A stretch of DNA of 64,000 nucleotides from Candidatus Poribacteria bacterium (GTDB lineage: Bacteria; Poribacteria; WGA-4E; GCA-2687025), in assembly GCA_963665845.2 (NCBI GenBank), contig OY762492.1, forward strand, positions 1,920,001 through 1,984,000, written 5' to 3'. Shown one piece after another: positions 1 to 11,000 of the stretch. Every line of letters starts with the position of its first letter. Within the stretch, counting starts at the first letter, position 1. The notes under the pieces are model-generated. The model did no database searches, was not told the DNA's origin, and saw only the letters and a list, made by a program, of their open reading frames with translations. Position numbers and translations under genes: made by a program.

Positions 1-1
1 A

Positions 2-2356
2 CAGCCCGCCCATTCCGAAGCGGGCGAAAATGAAGACAACTTACCGCAGGCGCGCAGCCGACAGGCATGGGTCAGGGCGTTCCCGATCGGAAACGGCAGG
101 CTCGGCGGCATGGTTTTCGGCGGCGTCCGGCATGAACGCATCCAGCTAAACGAAATCTCGCTCTGGTCAGGAAAACGGCAGGACGCCGACAACCCCGACG
201 CGCTCAACAGTCTCCCAGAGATACGCGCGCTGCTGTTTCAACGCCGCTACGCCGAAGCGCAGGCGCTCACTTATGAACGGCTTGTCTGCAAGGGGCATGG
301 CTCCGGGCGCGGCGGAGGCGGAAACGTCGAATACGGATGCTACCAGACGCTCGGCGACCTATGGCTCGACTTCGACCTTCCCGACGGCGCCGAGCCGACC
401 GACTACAGACACGCGCTCGATCTTGAAACGGCGCTGGATACGGTTGAGTACAGTATCGGCGGAGTGAAGATGCGGCGCGAGGCGTTTGTCTCGGCGCCTG
501 ATCAGGTTCTCGCTGTCCGCATCGAGAGCGGTACAGCCGGCGCGCTTGGATTCGCGGCGCGGATGGACAGGATAGAACGCGCCGAGTCGGCCGCCGAAGC
601 GCCCGGAACGCTCGCGCTGCGGGGACAGATGAACGCCGGCGAAAACGACCCGCATGGGATGCGGTTCTACGCCGAGGCGCGCGTCTTAACTGAAGGCGGC
701 GAAACGCGCGTTGAGGGCGATTCGGTCGTCGTTGAGGGCGCGGACGCGGCGGTCATCCTGCTTTCCGCCTCAACCGACTACCGCGCCGCCGCCGATTTAA
801 ACAGAACGGCGCGCCGCTTAAACGCCGCCTCTCAAAAAACATACGCCCAACTGCGCGATGCGCATATCCAAGACCACGGCGCGCTGTTCAACCGCGTTCA
901 GCTCTCCCTGCCGGAAACGGGCTTCGGCGCCGACCTGCCGACCGACGAACGCATCGCCGCCCTGAAAGAAGGAGAAGCGGATCCAAGCCTCGCCGCGCTC
1001 TATTTTCAGTTTGGAAGGTATCTGCTCATCGGCAGCTCGCGCCCCGGCAACCTGCCCGCCAACCTCCAAGGCGTCTGGGCGGACGGCGTCCAAACGCCCT
1101 GGAACGCGGACTACCATACGAACATCAACGTCCAGATGAATTACTGGCTCGCCGAGACGGCGAACCTGCCGGAGCTGCACACGCCGCTGTTTGACCTGAT
1201 CGAGAGCCTGCGGGAGCCGGGGCGCAAGACGGCGCGGACTCACTACGGCGCGCGCGGCTGGGTCGTTCATACGATCACAAACGTTTGGGGTTACACCTCG
1301 CCGGGCGAGCATCCGTCATGGGGGCAATTTCCGGCGGCGGGCGGATGGCTTTGCCAGCATCTGTGGGAGCATTACGCTTTTAGCAAGGATGAAGCGTTTC
1401 TGGCGCGCGCTTATCCCGTCATGAAGGAATCGGCGCAGTTTTACATCGATTTTCTGACCGAAGATCCAGAAACGGGCTATCTTGTCACGGCGCCGTCCAA
1501 CTCGCCTGAAAACAGCTTTCAGACCGCCGACGGACAACGCGCCAGCGTCTGCTTCGGACCGGCGATGGACACGCAGATTATCTGGGAACTGCTGCGCCGT
1601 TGCGTCGAAGCGAGCGAGATACTGGGCGTGGACGAAGCTTTCCGCCGCAAGGCGCGCGCTGTCATAGACAAACTCCCGCCGCATGCGATCGGCAAGCATG
1701 GACAGCTGCAGGAGTGGATAGAAGATTTTGACGAGCCGGAGCCTGGCCATCGGCATGTCTCCCATCTGTTCGCGCTGCATCCAGGGTCGCAGATTTCGGT
1801 ACGGGAGACGCCCGATTTGGCGGAGGCATGCCGCGCGTCGCTGAACCGCCGCATGGCGCATGGCGGCGGGCATACGGGCTGGAGCCGCGCGTGGATGATC
1901 AACTTCTGGGCGCGCCTAGAGGACGGCGAGGAAGCGCATCGGCATATTATGGAGCTGCTGCGCAAAAGTACGCTGCCGAACATGTTCGACACGCACCCGC
2001 CGTTTCAGATCGACGGCAACTTCGGCGGGACGGCTGGGATCGCCGAGGCGCTGCTTCATAGCCATGCGAATGAGATCGCGCTGCTGCCGGCGCTTCCGGC
2101 GGCTTGGGATCAAGGGTCGGTGAACGGTTTGCGGGCTAGAGGCGGCGCCGAAATCGATATTGAGTGGGAAAACGGCATGGCGGTCCGCGCCGAGCTGCGC
2201 GCCCGCTGCGCGCATACGCACCGCGTCCGTCCGCCGAAAGGTCAGCGCATCGCGTCGGCGCGCGTCCTGGAAGGCGCCGCCGAAATCGGCCTCCAGGACG
2301 GAAGCGCTGTCGTGGACGCTTCCGCCGGCGCGGTCGTCCAGTTTCGTTTTTCATAA
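2..2356 (+). CDS. GH95 alpha-L-fucosidase family glycoside hydrolase (5' end lies before the window)
   Basis: Frame is open from position 2 (QPA...AWVRAFPIGNGRLGGM). GH95 motifs present: FQFGRYLLI, PANLQG.W, NINVQMNYW, HRHVSHL, PPFQIDGNFG. Confidence 0.92.
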   Translation, partial: QPAHSEAGENEDNLPQARSRQAWVRAFPIGNGRLGGMVFGGVRHERIQLNEISLWSGKRQDADNPDALNSLPEIRALLFQRRYAEAQALTYERLVCKGHGSGRGGGGNVEYGCYQTLGDLWLDFDLPDGAEPTDYRHALDLETALDTVEYSIGGVKMRREAFVSAPDQVLAVRIESGTAGALGFAARMDRIERAESAAEAPGTLALRGQMNAGENDPHGMRFYAEARVLTEGGETRVEGDSVVVEGADAAVILLSASTDYRAAADLNRTARRLNAASQKTYAQLRDAHIQDHGALFNRVQLSLPETGFGADLPTDERIAALKEGEADPSLAALYFQFGRYLLIGSSRPGNLPANLQGVWADGVQTPWNADYHTNINVQMNYWLAETANLPELHTPLFDLIESLREPGRKTARTHYGARGWVVHTITNVWGYTSPGEHPSWGQFPAAGGWLCQHLWEHYAFSKDEAFLARAYPVMKESAQFYIDFLTEDPETGYLVTAPSNSPENSFQTADGQRASVCFGPAMDTQIIWELLRRCVEASEILGVDEAFRRKARAVIDKLPPHAIGKHGQLQEWIEDFDEPEPGHRHVSHLFALHPGSQISVRETPDLAEACRASLNRRMAHGGGHTGWSRAWMINFWARLEDGEEAHRHIMELLRKSTLPNMFDTHPPFQIDGNFGGTAGIAEALLHSHANEIALLPALPAAWDQGSVNGLRARGGAEIDIEWENGMAVRAELRARCAHTHRVRPPKGQRIASARVLEGAAEIGLQDGSAVVDASAGAVVQFRFS

Positions 2357-2370
2357 TCCCGCCCTCAGAC

Positions 2371-2590
2371 GGGTCGTACGCCCATACGGGATATTCGCGG
2401 CGCCGCGTCCGATTCCCCCTTGAAAAGAGGCCGTCCGATTCCCCCTTGAAAAGAGGCCGTCCGATTCCCCCTTGAAAAGAGGCCGTCCGATTCCCCCCTT
2501 GAAAAGGGGGGTTAGGGGGGTTTTAAAGGACAGGCGCGGCGGATGCAAAGTTAAGATTCCCGCGCGTTTTACCGCAAGGGCGGAAATGAG
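2371..2590 (-). repeat. Composite intergenic repeat (family B right end, CCCCCTAGCCCCCTT/AAGGGGG hairpin module, degenerate ATTCCC..GGGAAT module) containing a 26-bp tandem repeat
   Basis: Unit GTCCGATTCCCCCTTGAAAAGAGGCC occurs three times at 2407-2484, plus a fourth variant. The flanking modules recur at 7050-7220, 18190-18435 and 57609-57740. Confidence 0.85.
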
Positions 2591-2597
2591 AATCTGG

Positions 2598-3593
2598 TTA
2601 GCGGGGCAGAAGCGTTTTTTGAACCCAATCGGGGCGCGACAGGTACCACTCCGCCGTTTTGCGCAGCCCCGTTTCAAACGGGATGTCGGGCGTCCAGCCG
2701 AGGTCCGCCGCGATCTTTGAGGCGTCCATCGCATAGCGCGCGTCATGTCCAGGGCGGTCTTTTACAAAACAAATCTGCTTTGCCGTCTCGCCCTCATTAC
2801 GCCCGCGGAGTTCGTCAATGACCGCGCACAGCTTCCGCGCTAGGTCGATGTTGCGCCATTCGGCTCCGCCGCCGACGCAGTACGCCGATCCCGACTCGGC
2901 GCGCCGAAAAACGGCGTCGATGGCGCGGCAGTGATCCTCCACATAAAGCCATTCGCGCCGCTGCGTTCCGTCTCCGTATATGGTCAACGGGTTGCCGGCG
3001 TCCGCGGCGCAGATCATCTTCGGCAAAAACTTGTCCGGGTACTGCCGCGGTCCGTAGTTGTTGGAGCAGTGGGTGATCGAGACGTTTAGCCCGTATGTTT
3101 TTCCGTAGGCGCGCGTCAGGTGATCGGCGCCCGCCTTGGAGGCTGAATACGGGTTGTTCGGGCGGTAAGGCGACGTTTCCGAAAAGGCGGTTTGATCCTC
3201 AAGCGAGCCGAACACCTCGTCTGTGCTGACAAGATGAAACTTTTGAACCGCCCCGTAACGCCGAGACTCTTCCAACAAAACCGCCGCGGCGGTGAAGTTG
3301 TCATGCGCCGTCTGTAACGGGTCGCGTATCGACTCGTCCACATGGCTCTGGGCGGCGGCGTGAATGATCCCGTCGATGCGCCGTTCGCGCAGCAGGCGCG
3401 CCGTCAACGCCGAGTCGGCTACGTCCCCCCGTTCAAAATGCAGGCGCGGATGTTTCAACAAGCGGCGGATGTTCGCTTGTCCGTACGTCAGCTTGTCGAG
3501 AACGGCGACATGGTCTTCCGGATGCGCGTTGAGCCAGTACTCCACAAGGTTGGAGCCGATGAAGCCCGCCCCGCCCGTAATCAGTATGTTCAT
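2598..3593 (-). CDS. rfbB: dTDP-glucose 4,6-dehydratase
   Basis: MNILITGGAGFIGSN, DKLTY, SHVD, VSTDEVFG, YSASK, DRPGHD.RY. ATG at 3593 overlaps the upstream stop codon. Confidence 0.93.
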   Translation of the reverse strand: MNILITGGAGFIGSNLVEYWLNAHPEDHVAVLDKLTYGQANIRRLLKHPRLHFERGDVADSALTARLLRERRIDGIIHAAAQSHVDESIRDPLQTAHDNFTAAAVLLEESRRYGAVQKFHLVSTDEVFGSLEDQTAFSETSPYRPNNPYSASKAGADHLTRAYGKTYGLNVSITHCSNNYGPRQYPDKFLPKMICAADAGNPLTIYGDGTQRREWLYVEDHCRAIDAVFRRAESGSAYCVGGGAEWRNIDLARKLCAVIDELRGRNEGETAKQICFVKDRPGHDARYAMDASKIAADLGWTPDIPFETGLRKTAEWYLSRPDWVQKTLLPR

Positions 3594-5053
3594 CCTGTGT
3601 AACGGACATTCCGCCACGGCGAGACGAGCGGCTGTCCGTCCTCTGGGCTATGGAGATCGCCGTCCTTCGTCCATCCGCACTCCCGCGCCTCCAGCTCCTG
3701 AATGAGGCGCCCGCGCCAAAGTGCCGTCTCCTCGGCGAATTCAGGCATCTCTGACAGGTCGAACTCCTCCGCTGGGTCCGTTTCCAGGTCGAAAAACTGC
3801 TCCGTGTCGATGAGAGGAAGCCAGATAAATTTGCGCTTGCCGTCCGTCACATAATGCATCTCCTGCTCGCGCGAGTAGCAGGCGCTATGCTCCCCGTGGA
3901 TGTAGGGGCGCCAGTCGACCTGCTCGCCGCGCATCAACGGGAGCAGGCTGCGCCCGTCCAGATAGCTCGGCGCCTGCGCATCGGCGGCGTCCAGTATGGT
4001 CGGCATGATGTCGCGCAGCTCAACGGGCTTGTCCGAGACCGGCAGACATCGGCGCAGGCGCGGCGGCGGAGAGACGATCATCGGAATGCGCGCGCTGCCC
4101 TCGTAGGCGTACGTTTTGCGCCATAGATGGTGGTCGCCGATCATGTCGCCGTGGTCGGAGGTGAAGAGTATCCAGACGTTGCGCGCCGTTTCGGGCTGAT
4201 GGCGATGCAGCCAGTTTCGCAGCCGCCCGATCTGCGAGTCGATGAAGGAGATTTCGCCGTAGTAGCCGGCGCGGGCGCGTTGGATTCGGAACGCGCTCTG
4301 TTTTCCGCGCCAGGCGTTGATGTTCGCCGCTTCGTTCGGCTTGTCATGCATCCGCGCCCAGCGGCCGACATGCGGCTCCGGCATTTCCTGCCGATCGTAC
4401 ATTTCAAAAAAGGAGCGCGGCGGAACATACGGCGAATGCGGACGCGCAAAACTGATATTCAAAAAAAACGGACGGGTGAAATCGCGGTTCGCCAAAAAAT
4501 GAAGCGAGCGCGTCATCGTCCACGCGGTCGGATGCAGATGCTCCTCCGTATGCCACGGGCGGCCGATCCAGGAGTTCCAGTCGACGCCATGGTCGTCTGG
4601 AGAGATGTCCCGCTTTTTTTCGCGGTCGAACCATTGGCGGTATTCGTCGCGCTGTCCATTTTGGCGCAGCCTGCCCGATTCGTCCAGCTCGCGCGATTGA
4701 AAGCCCATGGAGGCGCGCTGCGGGTTGAAATGCCCCTTGCCGACAAGATGCGTTTGGTAGCCGTTGTCGGCGAGATCGCCCGCCAGCGTATGCGGAAAGT
4801 CGTTTGGAAATCCGCCCTGTCCCCGACCCATGCCGAGAACGCCCGTATGCCACTGCGACAGCCCCGTCATGAGCGTCGACCGCGCGGGAATGCATGACGG
4901 AACCGCGGTATAGGCGCAGCGAAAGCGCGTTCCGTTCGCGGCGAGATGGTCTAAATGCGGCGTGTCGACGACAGGGTGTCCGTCCGCGCTGAGGCAGTCG
5001 CCGCGCATCTGGTCGGCTGTGATGAGTATGACGTTCGGTTTGTCTTCAGGCAT
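3590..5053 (-). CDS. Arylsulfatase / choline-sulfatase-like sulfatase
   Basis: KPNVILITADQMR, formylglycine motif CIPAR, GKGH, PHSPY, SDHG. Start chosen at MPEDKPN. Confidence 0.9.
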   Translation of the reverse strand: MPEDKPNVILITADQMRGDCLSADGHPVVDTPHLDHLAANGTRFRCAYTAVPSCIPARSTLMTGLSQWHTGVLGMGRGQGGFPNDFPHTLAGDLADNGYQTHLVGKGHFNPQRASMGFQSRELDESGRLRQNGQRDEYRQWFDREKKRDISPDDHGVDWNSWIGRPWHTEEHLHPTAWTMTRSLHFLANRDFTRPFFLNISFARPHSPYVPPRSFFEMYDRQEMPEPHVGRWARMHDKPNEAANINAWRGKQSAFRIQRARAGYYGEISFIDSQIGRLRNWLHRHQPETARNVWILFTSDHGDMIGDHHLWRKTYAYEGSARIPMIVSPPPRLRRCLPVSDKPVELRDIMPTILDAADAQAPSYLDGRSLLPLMRGEQVDWRPYIHGEHSACYSREQEMHYVTDGKRKFIWLPLIDTEQFFDLETDPAEEFDLSEMPEFAEETALWRGRLIQELEARECGWTKDGDLHSPEDGQPLVSPWRNVRYTG

Positions 5054-5072
5054 CGTTCCGCTTTCTTTTTGT

Positions 5073-5972
5073 TTAAAAAGAGTCCGCCTCTTCCTGTTCA
5101 AGCGCTGTCCGCAGGTTTCCGTCCGCCGCCTGAAGCAGCCGCGCCGCCGCTTCAGCGTTGACGCCCCGCTTCAACATAACGACCGCCGCCTTGACGGATC
5201 CGCCCTCGTTTAAAGCGGTCTGCGCCGTCGGTTCCTCCGCCTCTCCGAGCGTCATGACGAGCCGCAGAGCGCGCCGCCGCAGCTTTCGGTTTGAGGGTTG
5301 AACATTCACCATCCAGTTGTCGTACACCTTGCCGGTTTGAATCATGGCGATGGTGGAGATTTGGTTCAAGATCAGTTTCGTCGCCGTTCCCGCCTTGAGC
5401 CGCGTGGAGCCTGCGATGATCTCCGGTCCGACGACTGCGCAGATCTGCCTGTCCACAAAGCTGTCGATCTGGCGGTTCGGCGGCGCGCAGCATAACAGCG
5501 CCGTCTTTGCGCCGCGGCGCTTCGCCTCTTTCAAGGCGCCGAGAACATACGGCGCCGTTCCGCTCGCCGAGATGCCGATGATCGTGTCCAGCGCGCCGAT
5601 TCCGATCTCTCGGACCGCCTGCGCGCCGCACTCCGGCGAATCCTCCGCGCCTTCAACCGCATGGCGCAGCGCCGCGTCGCCCCCTGCAATCAAGCCGACG
5701 ACCGTCTCCGGCGGAACGCCGAAAGTCGGGGGACACTCCGCGGCGTCCAACGCGCCGAGGCGCCCGCTCGTTCCCGCCCCGGCATACACCAGACGCCCGC
5801 CCGCCCGAAACGAAGCCGCCGCCCATTCCACCGCGGCGGACACATCTTCCGCCGCCTCCGCGGCCGCCTCCGCCGCCAACCGATCCTCCGCATGAAAAAC
5901 GCGCAGCGCCTGCTCAACCGAAAGGCGGTCGATGCCGACCGAGCGCGGGTTGCGACGCTCCGTCTGCTTCAA
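5073..5972 (-). CDS. murQ: N-acetylmuramic acid 6-phosphate etherase
   Basis: TERRNPRS..ID, GAGTSGRLG.LDAAECPPTFG, GSTRLKAGTATK. Probable TTG start at 5972 overlaps the upstream stop; the longer ORF-track start is rejected. Confidence 0.92.
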   Translation of the reverse strand: MKQTERRNPRSVGIDRLSVEQALRVFHAEDRLAAEAAAEAAEDVSAAVEWAAASFRAGGRLVYAGAGTSGRLGALDAAECPPTFGVPPETVVGLIAGGDAALRHAVEGAEDSPECGAQAVREIGIGALDTIIGISASGTAPYVLGALKEAKRRGAKTALLCCAPPNRQIDSFVDRQICAVVGPEIIAGSTRLKAGTATKLILNQISTIAMIQTGKVYDNWMVNVQPSNRKLRRRALRLVMTLGEAEEPTAQTALNEGGSVKAAVVMLKRGVNAEAAARLLQAADGNLRTALEQEEADSF

Positions 5973-6964
5973 GCGGCAAAGACGGTCTGCGCAACCGTCT
6001 TCACAAAGTTGGCGCCGAGGCGCTTGTACCCCTCCGCGTTCGGATGCAGCTGGTCGGGCAAAAATTCGTTCAGCTCTGGACCGAAGATGTCGAGACCGCT
6101 GAAATAATGCACATTGTCGTCGCCGCATGACTTGAGCGCGTCGACCGCCGCCTCCACTTCGGCGCGCATGCCTTGAAGCGAGAAGCCGACATTGTTTCGG
6201 TTCTCTTCGCGCGGCGGGGAGTAGATCGGCGAGATGAACGCGAGCGGTATGTCGGGGTGTTTTTCGCGTATCGTCTGCGCCGTGCCGATGATTGCAGGGC
6301 GGAACGCGCGCGGGCTGAGGCTGTTGGCGCCCTGAATGTTGATGCCGCAGCAGATGGAGATGTAGTCCGCCTCCATATCCCTGATGAGGCGCGCGATCAT
6401 CGGGTCTAAGTGGCACTGCCCGCCGTAGCCGAGGCAGGTCAGGTTGAAGTCGCATGCCCGCGCGACGACGCCGGGCCAAGTGAAACAGGGCGAGGAGGCG
6501 GAGCCGCACTGCGTGATGGAGCTGCCGTAGGTGATCCAGCGCGGGCGGCGGTCGTCGAACGCTTCAACCCGCGCGCCGTCCGAGAGTTCAAGCGACTTCA
6601 GCCGAAATTGCCCGCCCTGCGGAAGCCAAAGCTCCACCCGTTTTTGATGCGCGGGCAGCCCTTCAAACCGAAAGCTCTCCTGCCCCGCCAGCGGCGCCGT
6701 CTCAATATACTCGCCGTCGATGCACAGGTCGATGGGGGCGGAGCCGCCCTGCGGGACAACATGGCCGCCGACGGAGCCGGCGTCTGTGATGAAGGAGATG
6801 CGGACGCCTGCGGGCGCGGACGCCGCCCCCTCAATGCCGCCAGGGAACAGGGCGCGCCGCTCATACGGGATGCGCCAGGGCATCGTCCATTCGTCGGCAA
6901 TATGCAGCTCCACGGCGCCTTGCCATGTGAGCCTTGAATCGGTCGGTTGTAACGAGTAAGCCAT
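5969..6964 (-). CDS. SGNH/GDSL hydrolase family protein
   Basis: YGSSITQ (block I), GIN (block III), PDQLHPN (block V). Confidence 0.85.
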   Translation of the reverse strand: MAYSLQPTDSRLTWQGAVELHIADEWTMPWRIPYERRALFPGGIEGAASAPAGVRISFITDAGSVGGHVVPQGGSAPIDLCIDGEYIETAPLAGQESFRFEGLPAHQKRVELWLPQGGQFRLKSLELSDGARVEAFDDRRPRWITYGSSITQCGSASSPCFTWPGVVARACDFNLTCLGYGGQCHLDPMIARLIRDMEADYISICCGINIQGANSLSPRAFRPAIIGTAQTIREKHPDIPLAFISPIYSPPREENRNNVGFSLQGMRAEVEAAVDALKSCGDDNVHYFSGLDIFGPELNEFLPDQLHPNAEGYKRLGANFVKTVAQTVFAA

Positions 6965-7039
6965 GCGCGTTCTCTCCGAGCAGTTATGATAGATGAGTTG
7001 TTTGCTAGTATCGCAGATTGCGCCGCGCTTGTCATGCAG

Positions 7040-7232
7040 CCGCCGCGTCCGTCCTTTAAAACCCCCCTAACCCCCCTTTTCAAGGGGGAATCGGATCCGC
7101 GCGCCCATAGCCTGCCCCCGTGAAAACGGAGGTCATTCCCGCGCAAGCGGGAATCTTAAGGCATCGCCGCCCCCGTCCTTTAAAACCCCCTAGCCCCCTT
7201 TTCAAGGGGGAATCGGACGCGCCGCGCTTGTC
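7040..7232 (+). repeat. Composite intergenic repeat: two CCCCCTAxCCCCCTTTTCAAGGGGGAATCGGA modules around a GTCATTCCCGCGCAAGCGGGAATC palindrome
   Basis: Modules visible at about 7056-7095, 7132-7155 and 7179-7217. The same modules occur elsewhere in the window. Confidence 0.85.
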
Positions 7233-7262
7233 GGCTGTTCATGAAGGTTCGTCAGGAGCGGG

Positions 7263-8063
7263 TTAAAACAGGTTCCAGCCGCCGTCCAAGACCTCAATCC
7301 GCCCCGTTTTGTAATGCGCGCGCGGATGCGTCAAGCACAGCGCCTCAAACGCGACCGCGTCCGCCGACGCAAACTTGGCGACCGGCAACTCGCCTTTGCG
7401 CAGCGCCTCCTCCTTGCGCCCGATGGTCGCCATGCCCATGCCCGCATAGACCACCCCGACGGCGATGACGTTTGCGTTGATGTTGTCGGGGCGCAGCTCC
7501 CGCGCCAGCGCGATCATCCCGCGCTCCATGCGCCGCTTCGATTCCGCGTAATGCCGAAGATACTCCGAACTCAACTCTTCCCACTCGGTTACATACGATG
7601 AGATTCCGACGATGGAGCCGCGCGTCGGCGCTTCGTCAGACGCATGGGCGTTTTGGCGGAGGTACGGCGCCGCTTCACGCGCCAACAGCAGCGGCGCGTC
7701 CGCGTTGATCGCCCGCTGCTCGGCGACCCGCTCCGGCGTCAGGTTGTCGCGGTAACAGACGCCCGCGTTGTTGATGATTATGTCGATGCGTCCGAAGGCG
7801 TCCGCCGTGTCGCGCAGAACGCGCGCTCTGTCTTCAGGGTTGACAACATCGGCGCGCGACATGCGCAGCTGTTCTGGGGGGTGAAGGCTGCGAATCTCTT
7901 GTTCCGCCGCGCGCGCCTGGTCGGAATGTCCGCGGTGGAAGGCGTACACACGCGCGCCCGCGCCGATAAACGCCTCGGTTAAGACGCGGCCGATGCCGCG
8001 CAATCCGCCGGATATGATGACGGCGCGTCCCTTATGGGACAAGCTTGTGTCCGCTGCGCTCAA
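7263..8063 (-). CDS. SDR family oxidoreductase
   Basis: SGGLRGIG, IINNAG, YAESK, DGG near the C-terminus. Confidence 0.85.
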   Translation of the reverse strand: MSAADTSLSHKGRAVIISGGLRGIGRVLTEAFIGAGARVYAFHRGHSDQARAAEQEIRSLHPPEQLRMSRADVVNPEDRARVLRDTADAFGRIDIIINNAGVCYRDNLTPERVAEQRAINADAPLLLAREAAPYLRQNAHASDEAPTRGSIVGISSYVTEWEELSSEYLRHYAESKRRMERGMIALARELRPDNINANVIAVGVVYAGMGMATIGRKEEALRKGELPVAKFASADAVAFEALCLTHPRAHYKTGRIEVLDGGWNLF

Positions 8064-11000
8064 TCTAATGCCTCCTTCATGATCGATTCAGAAACCTCGA
8101 AAGGCTCAACTCCGCGTCGCTTGCATTCTCTCTTGATGTCGTCAGGAATCGACGGCGCCGCAAGGATGCCCCGGACATCTTCACATGAAAACCCGAATTC
8201 AACCGCAGCAAGATGCTTATACTTTACGGCTTGCCACATCCCATGACGAAGTGAGGTAAAATACACTTCTACTTCCACGGTCACAAGATTTCCAGAACTA
8301 TCCTCCATTAAAATATCCACCTGGTTGCCTGACGCAAATTTATACTCAATGTATGCCTTTTCTAACCCAGGGCCAAGTAGAGTGGGGTTGTTTGCCAGAT
8401 ACTCCTTTAATTTCCGATGGCGATCGCTTTCTCCGCTGCCACCGCCGCCACCGCCGCTACCCGGATGTGAATGCGATTGGCCGCTGCTATGTCCTGTCCC
8501 GCCGCCACCGGGTCTGTCAACATGAGGCGGACGCGGCTGAATGGGGTCTGATATTGGCGTGGGGTCTAGATTTCGCACAGGCTCTGGTTTTTGCGTGGGA
8601 TGTGGCTTTTGCACAGGTTCTTGCTCGGGGTCCTGTTTTGGCATGGGGGCTGGCGACAACAAACACTGATCAGGCTTAAAGCCGCGCGGTTCCCATCTTT
8701 GCCGGACATCATCGTACGAACCTCCCGATGTCAGCAGGTCTTTGACGAATTCGCGGAGTTCGCCGACACCGAAGAAATCTTGCAAGGCGTCGCCGATAAG
8801 GTCGGGATACGCTCGCTCATTCGCGCCGCCTAACCAGAGCCTCTCATTTTCTTTATCTAGGAAACTTTGACGCGGATTTGGGTCGTCAACGGAAACTTCG
8901 TTCAGTCCGTTCAGTTCATATTTCGCCGTTATCTTTTCGGCGCGGAAGACCGAGAGCCGCTTTAGAAATTCAGCAGAATTTTTGCATTCTTTGCCCAACC
9001 GTTCCGAATTGAGGAAGTCATGGATGTATGGGTATAGGCGGCGCGCCTCCTCAGACCATATCTCGACTTCAGGTTGCGGTCCGACCTTGTCAAATTTGGC
9101 AGCCGACGCCTGACGGCAGCCCTTTATGCGCAGAAGTTTTGCGAGTACCAACAAATCGTCGTTAAACGCCCAAAACGGAACTTTGCCCGCAAAAAGTTCC
9201 GAGCGGTGCTTATCGTCTTCCCAGACCAATTCTTTCAAAGAGAAAAAGCCCCAAGCGTCGCCTTTCTTGCCAAGCCAGCATTTGCCATCGCGCGTTTTTT
9301 CCCATTCATCTTCAAGCGATCCGCCGCCTTCTTGTAGGTGCAGCATTATACGGCGGTAAAGAGTCTTAACGCGACTGCGAACCTCTTCGTCCTCCGCTCG
9401 TTCCTTAGACGGAATCTCTCGAATGACTCGCGCGTAGTCCGAGAATGCGGCGTTCTCCGAAACTCCCACCTCTGTGAAAAACTGCTTCAGCGCGGGATCA
9501 TAATTGTTCTTTTCAAGATAGCCGCATAGATCGCCGAAGACGGCGCTTTGATCTTCCCAAAACGCCTCATCAGATCGGCACCAGCGCGGCTCAGGGTTGG
9601 AAGTGAAGATGAGCCGATTTCTCTTGAACTCATAGCTTAGGGATTCGCCCTGCTCGGCAAGGAAGCGATAGATCGGCTCAACCTTCTCCACGCTTGATTC
9701 CGCCGCTTCTTTCTTACTCAAGGATTCAAGGTAGCCCAGGACGCTGTCTGTGTCGGCATCCAAATGCGCTCCTAGTTTTTCAGCCAGCCCGTTGTCTTTG
9801 CTAACGTCAAAATCCGGATGTAGATACGCGACGCTGTCCCCCAACAAGTCGCGATTCTCAGAATTCGGCGCAAAGAGCTCGGACGGACGATGAAAATTGC
9901 CCTGCTCGTCAGGAAGCCATGCTGTCTCTTTCAGCCGCCGATAGAATCTCGCTTCAAAAGAAGCACTTTTATCCGTACGATAGTACCAATGGTAAGTCCC
10001 GTCAAAGAATTTTTGCTTTGACCAACGATCGCGATACACATGAAGTCGTCTTACTAAAAGGCGCCATGAGGCGCGCGCAAGATTTATGTCCTTGTTCGCC
10101 TTGATATGGGACAAAATGGTTTGTAGACCGTGGATATCGCGGTCCTCAATATAGGTCTTATCTAGGTTTGTGGTTTTCTCCCATTCACAGCTCCTCTTCG
10201 CAAGCTCTTTGTAAAAAACCGTCATGTCAACGCTTGTGTACTCGATCCGATCATCTATAACGCGAGGCGCGTCATCGGCGCCCATCTTTTTCAAAAACGG
10301 GAGCCAAGATTTTCGCTTGGAAGCGTCCTCCATATACGAGCCATCTACAAACCAGACATCGCCATCGTACGCCGAAAAGTAAGTTTCCAAATCAGCGTCG
10401 CCCGTGTATGCCTCCGGCAAGTAGGCGACGCTGGGCTTTACAAAATCAAAGGCTTCCGGCCGGACGCCCCTATAAGCCCGCAAGATCGGAGTTTCGCTGG
10501 CCTTTTCCCTCAATGGTCTATGTTCATATCCGGAAAGTTCATCCCAGAACTCGCATAGATACAGGATATGCAGGCGGTTTCGCTCTATGGAAGGCTTTCC
10601 TTGTCTGTCTTGCGAATACAGGGGAAGAATACATTTGCTGATCACATCTTCGGGATTCATCTCCCGGACCCCTAGATTCTTCAGGAAGAGCTTGACCCTC
10701 CCATGCTGGTCGCCGTCCAGCAGAGACGCTTGTAAAATGGGCAGTTCGTTCAGGAACGGCTTAAGTCCTTCGCGCTCTTCTTCGGCGTCCGGCAGAAAAA
10801 ACGCAAGTTTCTTGTCAGCGCATACATGCTTCCCGTTTTTAAGCCGAATCAGCGGGAGCGTTTTAATGCGCTCAATTTTGGATTCGTTTTTTTCCAAATA
10901 GGCGTATAAGCGGCGGATCCAGTCATCTGGTCTCTTTTCAAACCATTCAGCGTCCTGCTTCTCCAGCCAACTCAACGCATCGTCGATTCCGACTGTTTTG

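Noticed and set aside
7020-7232. 14-bp direct repeat GCGCCGCGCTTGTC as a target-site duplication
   Set aside because: Much of it matches the module's own end sequence (compare 18397), so it is ambiguous.
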